This document shows, piece after piece, positions 1-10,217 of a stretch of DNA of 64,000 nt (its first letter is position 1; each line of letters opens with the position of its first letter). The position numbers were made by a program, and so were the translations under genes. The notes under the pieces were generated by a model. The model worked only from the letters and a program-made list of their open reading frames with translations, had not been told where the DNA came from and searched no databases. This DNA is from an uncultured Anaerolineales bacterium. GTDB taxonomy: Bacteria > Chloroflexota > Anaerolineae > Anaerolineales > UBA11858. The stretch is taken from positions 21,122 to 85,121 of the forward strand of contig CAZVPR010000006.1 in NCBI GenBank assembly GCA_964629085.1, in the 5' to 3' direction.

Positions 1-666
1 CAGCCAGATGATGATGGCCCAGCTTTTTACTGTCAGAACAGGAAAACCTTCAACATACAGACCCACGCCAAACAGAGTCACAGAGCCAATGCCCATGGAC
101 ACCGTAGTGATAATTAAGGGATCCGTATTTACAAGACGATTGACTTTTCTCCCCAAAATAGACGAAGTCGCGTTCGCCAAAACACCGGCAGCCGCTACCC
201 ACACACCGATCATTTGTCCTCGAGCAATATCCACCGGATAAAAATAGAAAATCGCGCCCAATGTTGCGAGAATTACGCCAACCCATTGAAAAACCGTCGG
301 ACGTTCGGCCAGCCAGGCAATCCCCAGGAGGGCGACGGTGACGCTGCTGAAACCCCACAGCAAATTGACCGTCACGGCCGGCAAATAGGCCAGGGCCACA
401 AAAGAGGCACCCTGCGTCACCGCATAGAATAGCAACCCCAACAGAAAAAGCTGCATCCACATGCCGGTTGAAAAATCTTTCACGGCCTGCGGTCCCTTTC
501 TAAATATAAAAATGGGGATGAGACAAACCATAGCCAGCAAGTAGCGCAAGCCGGCAAAGGTCAGTGGCGGAATTTCATCCAGGCCAATTTTGATAAATAC
601 CCACGAGGTCGCCCAAAGGAAAACCACGAACAGGGCCTGGAGTGCCGCGATCAGGTTTTTGTTCAT
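1..666 (-). CDS. DMT/EamA family transporter (3' end runs off the window)
   Basis: Not in the ORF track. Reading from the ATG at 666 gives MNKNLIAALQALFVVFLWATSWVFIKIGLDEIPPLTFAGLRY, a typical EamA N-terminus. The same frame gives hydrophobic ...LYVEGFPVLTVKSWAIIIWL at the window edge. Confidence 0.85.
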   Translation of the reverse strand, partial: MNKNLIAALQALFVVFLWATSWVFIKIGLDEIPPLTFAGLRYLLAMVCLIPIFIFRKGPQAVKDFSTGMWMQLFLLGLLFYAVTQGASFVALAYLPAVTVNLLWGFSSVTVALLGIAWLAERPTVFQWVGVILATLGAIFYFYPVDIARGQMIGVWVAAAGVLANATSSILGRKVNRLVNTDPLIITTVSMGIGSVTLFGVGLYVEGFPVLTVKSWAIIIWL

Positions 667-686
667 GTTTTGAAAGTGACGGTCAC

Positions 687-1685
687 TCAAACCACATAGT
701 GTTCGTTGGGATATTCCGCGAAATAGCGGTCCCGACGGTCGACCAACACAGTGACAATGCGAGAGCCTTTGGGCATTTTTCTGGCGAGCCGGATAGCCGC
801 TTCAACGTTTGCCCCGGAAGACATGCCGCAGTACAGCCCCTCTTCCCGGCACAATCGATCGGCCATGGACTTGGCGGCCTGATTTTCGATCACAACTTCA
901 TCATCCATCAAATTTTCTTCCAAAACATCCTCAATAATGAAACGCAGTTCAGGTACACCAAATTTTAATAGGGCTTTGTGGACGGCTCTTGAGCGGACCC
1001 ATTCAATGCGGGGATCGTCGGTCGGAACAACGCCAGCCACCGTTAGCGCGGGGTTCTGTTCTTTGAGCGTATGAGCTACGCCCAGGAGCGTGCCACCGGT
1101 CCCGATGGAGGCAACCCAGGCATCGATCTGGCCGTCAAGTTGATCCAGAATTTCTCGACCGGTGGTATCGCGATGGGCAAAGGTATTATTCGGGTTGCAC
1201 AACTGGTTGGCCCACCAATTCGCCGAGTCAGCCTGCTGAAGCTTGTAGCACTGCGCCATGCGGACAGCCACAAAGTTGGCTGCTTTCTCAACTGGGTCCA
1301 TTGCATCGATATTCTCGAGATGATCATCCAGATCAATGGGCGTGACCTGACACCCATAGAGCTTGGCTATGCGTATGCGGTCGGCCGGGTTATAGGCGCT
1401 TGAAAGTTGCGCGGGCAAAAACAACTGCACATGGTAGCCTTTGACATTGCCGACGAAGGACAGGGCTGGGCCGGTATTACCCGTAGATTGATCGACGATG
1501 GTGCCGCCAAGTTTGAGCTGACCGCTCTTTTCGGCTTCTTCGATCATCCGTAATGCCATGCGGTCTTTGATGCTGCCCCCTGGATTCATGAACTCACATT
1601 TGACGTATATCTCCACATCGGGGGATTCAATGACGCGCCGCAGTTTAAGCAATGGTGTATTGCCGATATGATCCAATATGTTCAT
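687..1685 (-). CDS. PLP-dependent cysteine synthase family protein (divergent)
   Basis: IGNTPL, KCEFMNPGGSIKDR (PLP lysine), STGNTG, IGTGGT and GMSSGAN motifs of fold-type II PLP enzymes. Confidence 0.85.
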   Translation of the reverse strand: MNILDHIGNTPLLKLRRVIESPDVEIYVKCEFMNPGGSIKDRMALRMIEEAEKSGQLKLGGTIVDQSTGNTGPALSFVGNVKGYHVQLFLPAQLSSAYNPADRIRIAKLYGCQVTPIDLDDHLENIDAMDPVEKAANFVAVRMAQCYKLQQADSANWWANQLCNPNNTFAHRDTTGREILDQLDGQIDAWVASIGTGGTLLGVAHTLKEQNPALTVAGVVPTDDPRIEWVRSRAVHKALLKFGVPELRFIIEDVLEENLMDDEVVIENQAAKSMADRLCREEGLYCGMSSGANVEAAIRLARKMPKGSRIVTVLVDRRDRYFAEYPNEHYVV

Positions 1686-1703
1686 CTGTACAATTCTCCT
1701 ACA

Positions 1704-3488
1704 TCAGGGATAGAGTGGAAAAAGAATAGGCAAAGCAATCAGGGTTGCAATAAAGAGAAAGACAGTTAATATCACCCCCACCCGAGCATAATCAAAGAAC
1801 TTGTACCCGCCTGGACCAAAAACGAGCACATTGGCTTTATGGCCAACTGGAGTAAGGAAACTTGTAGCAGCTCCGATCACAACGGCTAGCGTAAACGTCA
1901 GGTGATTTGCCCCTAATCCAAAGGCTGTGTCGAGAGCTATGGGCACCATTAACACGATGGCAGCCGCGTTGGACATGGGCTGCGTGATCAATGCCGAAAG
2001 CAGGTAAATCCCAGCCAGCACAGCAATGGGCCCGAAACCGCCAATACCATTGAGCAGCAAATCGGCCAGATATCTTGCTGCCCCAGTAGATTCCATGGCT
2101 GTTCCTAATGGAAGCATACCTGCCACGAGAAAAACGGTGCGCCAATCAATACTCTGATAAGCTTCGTCCATATTCAAGCAGCCGGTCAGCACCATAGCAA
2201 CGGCGCCAATGACCATCGCCGTCGAAATGTGGAAATCGGCAAATAGCACCAGCCCAATAACCAACATCATCAAGGCAACGGCAATCGGCATTTTTCGAGT
2301 GCGATTTTCCGAAATACTTATAGGCTCCAAAACCAAAAAATCGTTTTTGGCATTCAAGTCAGAAACACGGTGACGCGGTCCTTGCAAAAGCAGCGCGTCA
2401 CCAAATTGAAGTTTCACGCCCCTCAGTCTTTTCATGATCACTTCGCCCTGACGGTAAATTGCCAAAACTGTGAAACCATATCGGGCCCGAAACCTAATGG
2501 ATCGTAAACTGCGCCCCACCATTGAGGATCGTGGCGCCAAGGTTGCTTCAACAATATGAGCGCTGTCCTCATCAATTTCACCCAACTGCAATTGTGGTGA
2601 GGCAGCAACACCCAAGCCCAATTCGTCCCGGGCTCTCATGAGATTATCAATATTGCCTTCAACCATCAACAAATCATCAGACAGCAAAACCGTTTCACGA
2701 TCGAAAGTTGGAAACGCTTTATCATCTCGGATAATTGAAATTACCGTCAAATCGTAATCAGCACCCAGGCGCGAATCATACAGAGATTTTCCTGCCAGAG
2801 ATCCATCTGGCAGCACACAGACTTCGCTGATGTATTTGCGAAGTTCGCGGGTAGCTTTGTCCTCTCCAGGCGCCTTGCGTTCCGGAAGAAGATGTCGGCC
2901 GATAAAAACCATGTACAGAATACCAACCAGAAATACAATTGCACCTATTACAGTGAAATCAAAAAATCCAAATGTCGGCAGCCCATTGTCAGCAAGAATG
3001 TTGGTAGCAAGGATATTCGCAGGGGTTCCGATCAGCGTCAGCGACCCTCCCAAAAGCGAGGAGAATGACAGTGGGATGAGCAGCTTTGAAACTGGGACTT
3101 TGGTCTCTTTAGAAATGCTCACAACCGCAGGCAACAGCATCGCCGTTGCGCCAACATTATTCATGAAAGCCGAGATGACACCGCAGGCAATCATGATTAC
3201 CGCAATCAGGCGAGTTTCACTATTCCCAGCCAGGCGCAGGATAGATTTCCCCAAAATTTCAGCAACACCCGTTTTGAACAAACCCCCAGAAACAATATAC
3301 ACCGCCCAAACGGTGATCACCGCCGGATTCGCAAACCCAGCAAAAACATCTTCGGGTTCTACAATCCCCGTCAACGCCACTGCCAACAGCACAAGCAGGG
3401 CAACGACATCGACACGGAATTTTTCGGTGGCAAAAAGGACCAAGGCACCGACGATAATTGTTAGCGTGATTGCAATTTCAGTCGTCAT
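1704..3488 (-). CDS. SLC13/CitMHS-type anion permease with two TrkA-C (RCK_C) domains
   Basis: Hydrophobic N- and C-terminal blocks, SAFMNN and LIGTPAN motifs, soluble central tandem TrkA-C-like region, C-terminal GGYKFFDY. Confidence 0.85.
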   Translation of the reverse strand: MTTEIAITLTIIVGALVLFATEKFRVDVVALLVLLAVALTGIVEPEDVFAGFANPAVITVWAVYIVSGGLFKTGVAEILGKSILRLAGNSETRLIAVIMIACGVISAFMNNVGATAMLLPAVVSISKETKVPVSKLLIPLSFSSLLGGSLTLIGTPANILATNILADNGLPTFGFFDFTVIGAIVFLVGILYMVFIGRHLLPERKAPGEDKATRELRKYISEVCVLPDGSLAGKSLYDSRLGADYDLTVISIIRDDKAFPTFDRETVLLSDDLLMVEGNIDNLMRARDELGLGVAASPQLQLGEIDEDSAHIVEATLAPRSSMVGRSLRSIRFRARYGFTVLAIYRQGEVIMKRLRGVKLQFGDALLLQGPRHRVSDLNAKNDFLVLEPISISENRTRKMPIAVALMMLVIGLVLFADFHISTAMVIGAVAMVLTGCLNMDEAYQSIDWRTVFLVAGMLPLGTAMESTGAARYLADLLLNGIGGFGPIAVLAGIYLLSALITQPMSNAAAIVLMVPIALDTAFGLGANHLTFTLAVVIGAATSFLTPVGHKANVLVFGPGGYKFFDYARVGVILTVFLFIATLIALPILFPLYP

Positions 3489-3813
3489 AGAATTGAATGT
3501 TCTCTATTTATCGAATGTCTGGCTTGAATTATTACTATCCCGCACAAGTATAACTGAATATGCATCTCAAGTTCAACTCTTCTTCGAACACATCTCAGGG
3601 TTCTCATAAAGTCTCGATTTTTCCGGCTCAGCAAAACAATACTGTCACCCTGAGTAAAACCACAACGCGATTACGCTGCTCACGCACAAAGTGTTGGAAA
3701 ACTTTCGTTAAATTCAATTTTCCAAAATTTATCTTTACGGTGCACTAAGAGGTGCTCTCGCTAAGTCACTTTAATGATTTGAAGCCACCCCAAGGAGGCA
3801 GTTGTTCCTGCGG

Positions 3814-3865
3814 TTTCCCGCCTGTGGCTTCCCAGTGGGAGAAGGGTCGCCATGGGCGGTGAGGG
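3814..3865. repeat. REP-like intergenic repeat, copy 1
   Basis: The 33-nt core tttcccgcctgtggcttcccagtgggagaaggg matches 50297-50329 at 31/33 positions. Both copies are followed by ggtgaggg. Confidence 0.7.
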
Positions 3866-3895
3866 CAAATTTGCAATATCCAACTTACTAGAGCA

Positions 3896-6800
3896 CTATT
3901 TCACGGGAACTGTAAAAGCAAAAATACTCCCCTTCCCTTTGGGTGGGTCTTCAACCCAGATGCGACCCCCATGTGCTTCAACAGCCAGTCGACAAAATGC
4001 CAGCCCAAGACCGGCTCCTTTCCAACGCCCGAATTGACCGGAAATTTGTGAGAATCGCTCGAAGATAATGGCTCGATTTTCATCAGAAATTCCTGGCCCG
4101 TGGTCCCAAACTTGAACTGTTACGAATCCATTATCTTGTGAAACTAATACGCGTACCGTGCTGTTCTCTTCTGAAAACTTGACCGCATTATCCAACAAAT
4201 TGGTGATCACTCGAGAGATTTTATCTTCATCAACAATAATATCCGACAGTTTATCTGGGAATTCACTCTCGACTTGGATGTTGTATTCATCCGAAATCAC
4301 CTCGATATCCATCAACAATTCGGGCACCAATTCTTTTAGATTGACCGTTGATTTATTTAGTTCAATGCGACCAGATTGCATTCGAGCCACGTCTAACAGC
4401 GACATGATCAGACGCATGACTCGTTTGGCACCTCTGCGGGCTACTTTTAATGAACGGTCAACCAGCTCCCCTTGCTGCTCCTGCGGAATCACATCGTCAA
4501 GCAAATCCAGCGCCCCCAACACGGCACTCATTGGAGAGCGCAAATCGTGGATAAGCGCATCCGCTATGGCTTCCCTTTCGCGGTTGACTTTTTGTTCTTC
4601 GGAAACATCACGCCAAATGATCATCCACCCCCGGGCATGTTCGGCCAGTCCACTCACGGGGTAAGCCGTTCGCTCCATGGTTGTTTCTGGTGTGAATTCA
4701 GGGACTTGATACACTTCTTTTGGATAATAAGATGACTCTTTTTCAATAGGGAGCTGTTCAAGGAAACTGGTGATTTCTTGCGGCGCAAAACCCAACCGAT
4801 TGAGAGCATGTTCCGATAGATCACCTAATTTAGTTCCCAACAGGTGTACGCGAGAAAGACCGCTCAAATTGTCCAAAGGCTGATTTGAGAGGCTGATCAG
4901 TCCATCTCGATCAATCATCAAAATGCTTTCAGTAACCGAATTGATGAGCGCGGTCAGTTCTTCTCGTCTTTGAGCAGTTTCAGAAAACAAGAGTGCGTTT
5001 TGAACGGCGATAGTGCCCTGGGATACGATGGTGTCGAGTAGTTTGAAAAGGCTCAAGTCAATTTCATTTTCACAATCACATTCTATGATGACAAATCCCA
5101 GCATTCCGCGAGCAGTACGCATATCAAAATAAAGTGTCTGGAGAGAATCATCTTGAACTGCACTCAAAACCTGGCTCCCAGAATCCCGCGTAAGGTCGTC
5201 AGATCGATTGATGCCAAAGGGCAATGCATGGGCTTCTTGCTCGGCCACAGTTTTCGGCAATCGCTCACCTTTCCCCCCGATTCCGACAGATTGTTTAACG
5301 TAAACCCGCAGCAGTTCATCCCAAATATATATTCCCAATTGAGAGGGCATTACAACTGCAATCAAAGCCTGCCCCAGGTCATCTAAGGCAGTGCTGGCAT
5401 CACGTGCACCAACAAAACGTGCGGCAACCTGAGACAGTGTCGACTGTTCTCGCAAGTGACGCTGAGTTTCTCGAAATAAATTAGCATTTACCAGCGCCAC
5501 AGCGGCCTGATTAGCCAACTGCTCAACGAGAGACTGTTCATGTTTTGAAAACGCATTCAATTGTTCACTTTCAAGTGTTATGATACCGAGAATATTATCC
5601 TCGTGGGATATGGGCACGCTCAACTGCGATAAAGTTTTTCCATTGACAACATCCAGATAATCTTCATCCAAGCGGACATCTCCAATATTTTGGATTTGCC
5701 CTTCCCGCAAGGCCTTTATGGTAATGCCCTTTTCTATGGCCATTTCATCTGGAAGATCATAACCATGTTTAGCCTTTATATGGGCCAGGTTCGATTCGGG
5801 ATCAAAAAGTATTATCGCTCCCAAAGAGACTCCCGTAAATTCGATAACAAAATCCAAAACCAATTGGAATAATCGGTCTGAATGTGTAGCCGCGGAGATT
5901 TCCCGGCCTACGGCTTCCAGGATCGCTAACTGGTGAACTCGGCGAGTCAGTTGCGCATCCGTTGTGGCGTGCAATTGAGCATTGGCAACTGCCAGCGCTG
6001 CCTGGGCAGCAAAGGTTTGTAAGAGCTTGACTTCTTCGGCGGGGAAATCATGAATCGCATTATAAAATGCGGTTAAGAAACCTATTTGTCCTTCGGGCGT
6101 TATCAAGGGGAAATCTGCGAAGGCCTGGATCCCGTCCAAGCGGAAAGCAAGTAATAATTCTTCAGGTAGTGTTGAATTGGACACATCGGAATTTAGTACC
6201 ACATCGCCGGTACGCAAGCACCTCGTTCTGCGGCCTTGTCCAATTGAGAACTCCTTATTCGCAAGAGTAAATCCAGCGGACAAATTATGGGCATGGGCTA
6301 ATTTGATTACATCATCCCCCGGATTGTAGAGGTAAATTGCACTTTTCCCGCCCTCACTGACTTGCGATACAGCTTGGGTTACCTGGGCAACCACTTCTTC
6401 CAATTCCAGGGAAGCAGTAATCTGACTGGTGAGACGATTCAGAGATTCAAGCTGTGTGGCACGATATTGAGACTGTTCATACAGCAAAGCATTTTCAATG
6501 GCAATGCTAACCTGATTGGAAAGCGTAACCAAAAGATCGACATCAAAATCGCTAAATTCGACTTCGGCAAATATCTCAAACACAGCTAAACACCCAATCG
6601 TACGATGAGTGGTAATCAAGGGGACGCCCAACCAGGATTTTGGCATCAACTCCCCTTTTGGGACACCCACGGGGTTAGGGCCGCTCTGGATTTGAGGGGT
6701 AAAAATGATTGCATCGTTCTCTTTTATGACGCGATCCGTCAATCTTTCTGCAATAGGGCGTGGAGGCCAATTTTGACGTTCACCATTCTTGACCGCAAGT

Positions 6801-7702
6801 GGATACCAAATTCTTTGACGCTGATCATCCAAAAGGGCGACATAAAAATTGTTCACCTGGATGACCCGCATAACTTGTTCCTGGATTATTGGCAACAAAT
6901 TATCAAGATCAAGGGATGCCCTTAGCGCCTGGCTAACGTTGCTGAGGGAAGACAGTTCCAGGACCCGTTTTTGCATATCTGCGCGGGTTACTGTAACCCC
7001 ATAAAGCAATACAGCAATGATTACAGGTACAAAAGCTAAAATTAAAACTAAGCGCGTGCCAATGAAGCTATACGCTTCAAGACCAACCAACACCAAAGGA
7101 ATTGGGAGCAATTCAATGACGACCAACAACAATATATCCCCAAAATTAGACATCACTTTAATGCCCCACAGCAAGTATTTATCGAGCCAAAAGAAAAAGC
7201 TGTGCAAAAGTGCGAAAGCTAAGGACGGCGTTAATGCCGCAATCCAAACTCGATCTGATGGAAGAGTGATTATTGGAAACTCAAGGTAGCCAAAAAATGC
7301 AAAGGCAATCGTAATGGCGGACAGATTAAAACCAATTTCAAATCCGAGATCGATCCACCACTCATAACCATGGGACTTCAATTTTATGGAATTTACTTGA
7401 AATACATTTTGGAGACCCAGCCCAATGAATGCCCCAATTGCTGTAACCCACACCGCAGTTGGAACGCCTAAGATCAACGCAGCCCCCAAGGTGATCATGA
7501 ATATTGGCGTTAATTCTGAAAGAAATATATTAAGCGGAAAATTTACCAAAAATGCAACAAGAACAATTGCCCCCACCATGGGCCAGAACTGCGCGACCTG
7601 TATTCCTCCAGACATAGCGCTCAGAGCCAGGATCATCGCCCCGGTGGTTATGATCAGGACGCGAAAATATGTTCGCCGCTCTTGTTGAATTGCTTTCATC
7701 AA
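3896..7702 (-). CDS. Membrane multi-GAF/PAS sensor histidine kinase
   Basis: Multi-TM N-terminus, several GAF repeats (WLGVPL...IGCL, AAQAALAVANA), H-box IHDLRSP, NLLDNAVKF, DHGPG and GAGLGL. Confidence 0.9.
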   Translation of the reverse strand: MMKAIQQERRTYFRVLIITTGAMILALSAMSGGIQVAQFWPMVGAIVLVAFLVNFPLNIFLSELTPIFMITLGAALILGVPTAVWVTAIGAFIGLGLQNVFQVNSIKLKSHGYEWWIDLGFEIGFNLSAITIAFAFFGYLEFPIITLPSDRVWIAALTPSLAFALLHSFFFWLDKYLLWGIKVMSNFGDILLLVVIELLPIPLVLVGLEAYSFIGTRLVLILAFVPVIIAVLLYGVTVTRADMQKRVLELSSLSNVSQALRASLDLDNLLPIIQEQVMRVIQVNNFYVALLDDQRQRIWYPLAVKNGERQNWPPRPIAERLTDRVIKENDAIIFTPQIQSGPNPVGVPKGELMPKSWLGVPLITTHRTIGCLAVFEIFAEVEFSDFDVDLLVTLSNQVSIAIENALLYEQSQYRATQLESLNRLTSQITASLELEEVVAQVTQAVSQVSEGGKSAIYLYNPGDDVIKLAHAHNLSAGFTLANKEFSIGQGRRTRCLRTGDVVLNSDVSNSTLPEELLLAFRLDGIQAFADFPLITPEGQIGFLTAFYNAIHDFPAEEVKLLQTFAAQAALAVANAQLHATTDAQLTRRVHQLAILEAVGREISAATHSDRLFQLVLDFVIEFTGVSLGAIILFDPESNLAHIKAKHGYDLPDEMAIEKGITIKALREGQIQNIGDVRLDEDYLDVVNGKTLSQLSVPISHEDNILGIITLESEQLNAFSKHEQSLVEQLANQAAVALVNANLFRETQRHLREQSTLSQVAARFVGARDASTALDDLGQALIAVVMPSQLGIYIWDELLRVYVKQSVGIGGKGERLPKTVAEQEAHALPFGINRSDDLTRDSGSQVLSAVQDDSLQTLYFDMRTARGMLGFVIIECDCENEIDLSLFKLLDTIVSQGTIAVQNALLFSETAQRREELTALINSVTESILMIDRDGLISLSNQPLDNLSGLSRVHLLGTKLGDLSEHALNRLGFAPQEITSFLEQLPIEKESSYYPKEVYQVPEFTPETTMERTAYPVSGLAEHARGWMIIWRDVSEEQKVNREREAIADALIHDLRSPMSAVLGALDLLDDVIPQEQQGELVDRSLKVARRGAKRVMRLIMSLLDVARMQSGRIELNKSTVNLKELVPELLMDIEVISDEYNIQVESEFPDKLSDIIVDEDKISRVITNLLDNAVKFSEENSTVRVLVSQDNGFVTVQVWDHGPGISDENRAIIFERFSQISGQFGRWKGAGLGLAFCRLAVEAHGGRIWVEDPPKGKGSIFAFTVPVK

Positions 7703-7766
7703 TCTCCTAATTGCATATCTTTCAAATGACCACTCAAATATTCCCGCCCCACATTGATAATTAGCA

Positions 7767-9569
7767 TTAGGGGGTCGGGGTTTCAGTGGCCGAGGTGGTT
7801 GGAGTTGCCGTCACAGGTAAGGGCGTTGGAGTCAGTGATGGAGTAAATGTGATGGTAGGCGTAGGGGTTTCAGTCGGCGGATTGAAATAAAGATCAGCTT
7901 CGTTGCGCCAGTCTTCAGGCACTACCGCTTCTGGGAGATCGAGAAGCGCCTGCCAATCTAATTTTTCTTGTGCAAACTGGCTCAACTGATGTGCGATTTG
8001 GGCCCTGTAATAATATACCTGTGCCAGGTCTTCTTCAGAGTTTGCCAATTCTTCCGTGGCATTAATTTGCAAATATGCGTCACTAATATTTTCAACAGCC
8101 AGGAAAGCTCTGGCGAGGCCCAGGCTTATATCGAATACTCCCGGCGTCAGATTCCGGGCAATGATCAGCTCATTCAATGCATCTTTTGCTTCGCCTACTG
8201 CCAGGGCTGTCAAACCAAAATATTGATGCGCCATAGCTAAAGAATCATCTAGCTCAAAAGCTTTCTCTAAGGCCTCATAAGCGTCTTCGTAGGCTTCTTG
8301 CTCATAATAAATTCTTCCAAGGAGTGCCCAATAACGGGCAGAATCTGGGATGAAATGACCAACGGTTTGGATCGAATTTAGGGCCTCTTCGATTTGACCA
8401 TTTTCGAGATAGGCTTCGGTGAGAATCAAATAGGTCGATAAATCTGTAATGTCCATTTCATACGCCGAAAGCGCATCGACAAGAGCTTGCTCATCTTCAC
8501 CCAGAGCCAATTCAGCTAAGGCCCGAATTTGATAGTATCGTGGATTATCTGCAAGAATTCCTTCTACAAACTGAAGGACTTCCAAAGCCGCTCCAGGGCT
8601 GCCGTGGATTAATTGATAATTTGCAAATTCAAGATGCGCATCGGCATAATTCGGCTCAAGGGCAATTGCTTTTTGAAGATCATTCACAACATTCGCATCG
8701 GGATCTTTCCCCAATTGGGCGAGGGCGCGACCTAAGAACGCCGGCGCAAAATTTTCGTTGATATTCAAGGCTGATTGGTAGGATTGAATCGCAATCTCGT
8801 TTTCACCCATTAGCCGATTGGCTTCCCCAATATAGAAGTAAACATCGGCTGCCTCGGGTTCTTCTCGCAAGACTTGTTCCATGAAGGAGAGCATGGATTG
8901 GTAATCTTCATTTTTATAGGCACGCAAGGCAACTCGAAATGCTTCGCTGCGAGGGTGCGGCGTGTTAACGAACATTGGACGCGGTGTATACGTCGCATCC
9001 AAATTCATCCACAATGGTTGCGGCGTAGCTGTATTCTTGGGTGTGGGCGAGGGCAAATTTGAAGTTGCCGATGGTGTGCTGGTTGGGGTTTCAGTCCAGG
9101 CAATCGGCGTAACGGTCAGTGGCCTGCCAAATATGGACCCTCGAGGGTCAATCATGCCTCCAAAAAGGATACCCAACACCACAATGACCCCGCCCAAAAC
9201 AGCGAATACCCTCACCAAGGGGTTGGCCCAAATTTTGCTAAATCCAGAAACTTCGCCTTCTAAATCAGCGAAATCTACCTCCCAATTTCTCCATTTTGGG
9301 GGCTCCGGGATAAAATCGCTCCCAATCGGGAGATCTCCCAGCAACCGTAAGCCTCGTAGTGCAATTTCATTTTCTGGATCAAGCCGAATAGCTGCTTGCA
9401 AACAGTATATTCGTTCCTTATCGGTATCGACCAAGGAGCTCAGCCATAACCAATAATCTGAATTCTGTTTATCCTCTCTCAAAAGGCGCGTAAAAAGCTC
9501 GCGCGCTTTCACCCGCTGGTTGTGTCTCACCGCATCGAGAGCTTGTTCGTACAACCCGGATTCAGACAT
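7767..9569 (-). CDS. Membrane-anchored tetratricopeptide repeat protein with Pro/Thr-rich linkers
   Basis: N-terminal TPR-like segment, one TM helix, TPT-rich linker, many TPR repeats, TPT-rich tail. Confidence 0.8.
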   Translation of the reverse strand: MSESGLYEQALDAVRHNQRVKARELFTRLLREDKQNSDYWLWLSSLVDTDKERIYCLQAAIRLDPENEIALRGLRLLGDLPIGSDFIPEPPKWRNWEVDFADLEGEVSGFSKIWANPLVRVFAVLGGVIVVLGILFGGMIDPRGSIFGRPLTVTPIAWTETPTSTPSATSNLPSPTPKNTATPQPLWMNLDATYTPRPMFVNTPHPRSEAFRVALRAYKNEDYQSMLSFMEQVLREEPEAADVYFYIGEANRLMGENEIAIQSYQSALNINENFAPAFLGRALAQLGKDPDANVVNDLQKAIALEPNYADAHLEFANYQLIHGSPGAALEVLQFVEGILADNPRYYQIRALAELALGEDEQALVDALSAYEMDITDLSTYLILTEAYLENGQIEEALNSIQTVGHFIPDSARYWALLGRIYYEQEAYEDAYEALEKAFELDDSLAMAHQYFGLTALAVGEAKDALNELIIARNLTPGVFDISLGLARAFLAVENISDAYLQINATEELANSEEDLAQVYYYRAQIAHQLSQFAQEKLDWQALLDLPEAVVPEDWRNEADLYFNPPTETPTPTITFTPSLTPTPLPVTATPTTSATETPTP

Positions 9570-9833
9570 TGTTAATTATGAAGTCTAGCACAACCCCTCC
9601 TGCCACACAAGAAGTCCTGGTAATGCCTAACTATTCTGTAAATTAGTAGAAATTGGTTATTGCAATCGGCATTGAAATTTGTTACATTCAAGATAGGATT
9701 CGACGATAATAACCCAGCACAGAACTGGGCAGGCCTTCAATAACGCGGACGTTTAGTAAAGTGCCCGGCTCGATGATGATCCATTGACGGGTATTTTTTG
9801 TTTCCATTTTGGTTCTCTCCCAAGGAGGCACAA

Positions 9834-10025
9834 ATGTCTAAGGTCAAAAATACAATTTGGTGTGATGGCTGCGGCGAAGAAATCACATGGACGCCCTTGA
9901 TAAAAGAAGGATGCCATTATTGCTGCCAGAAGTGCTTTGAAGGTCTGCCCTGCAAGTGTTATCGCTGGTCCGAGTTAAATCTCGAACGTCGTGAAGAGCA
10001 TTCCGACATCGATTTTAACTATTAG
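9834..10025 (+). CDS. Small Cys-rich putative metal-binding protein (63 aa)
   Basis: AAGGAGG RBS before the ATG at 9834. Eight Cys arranged as CDGC...CHYCCQKC...CKC. A terminator-like hairpin follows. Confidence 0.65.
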   Translation: MSKVKNTIWCDGCGEEITWTPLIKEGCHYCCQKCFEGLPCKCYRWSELNLERREEHSDIDFNY

Positions 10026-10065
10026 AAAGAATTGAGCGGGGGCTCAGTGAACAAATGCCATTTTC

Positions 10066-10088
10066 GCGCGCCAAAGGCGCGCATTTTT
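10066..10088 (+). terminator. Putative intrinsic terminator
   Basis: gcgcgcc-aaa-ggcgcgc hairpin followed by attttt. Confidence 0.5.
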
Positions 10089-10217
10089 AATGCCGTCTAT
10101 TGAGCAGCCCTTTAAAAAGAAGAAATTTTTAATTTCAGAAGTTCATCGTAGAGAAGTTGAAGTTCTGATATCTAATAAATTACTTAACAAAGCAGTAGTA
10201 TCAAGTACAATTCTGAC

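Noticed and set aside
50-460. 136-aa minus-strand ORF in the track
   Set aside because: It is an alternative frame inside the EamA gene, which the track missed because it runs off the window.
2830-3609. Long antisense ORFs (e.g. 259 aa here, 185 aa at 56693-57250)
   Set aside because: They are shadow frames opposite well-supported genes and have no recognisable motifs.
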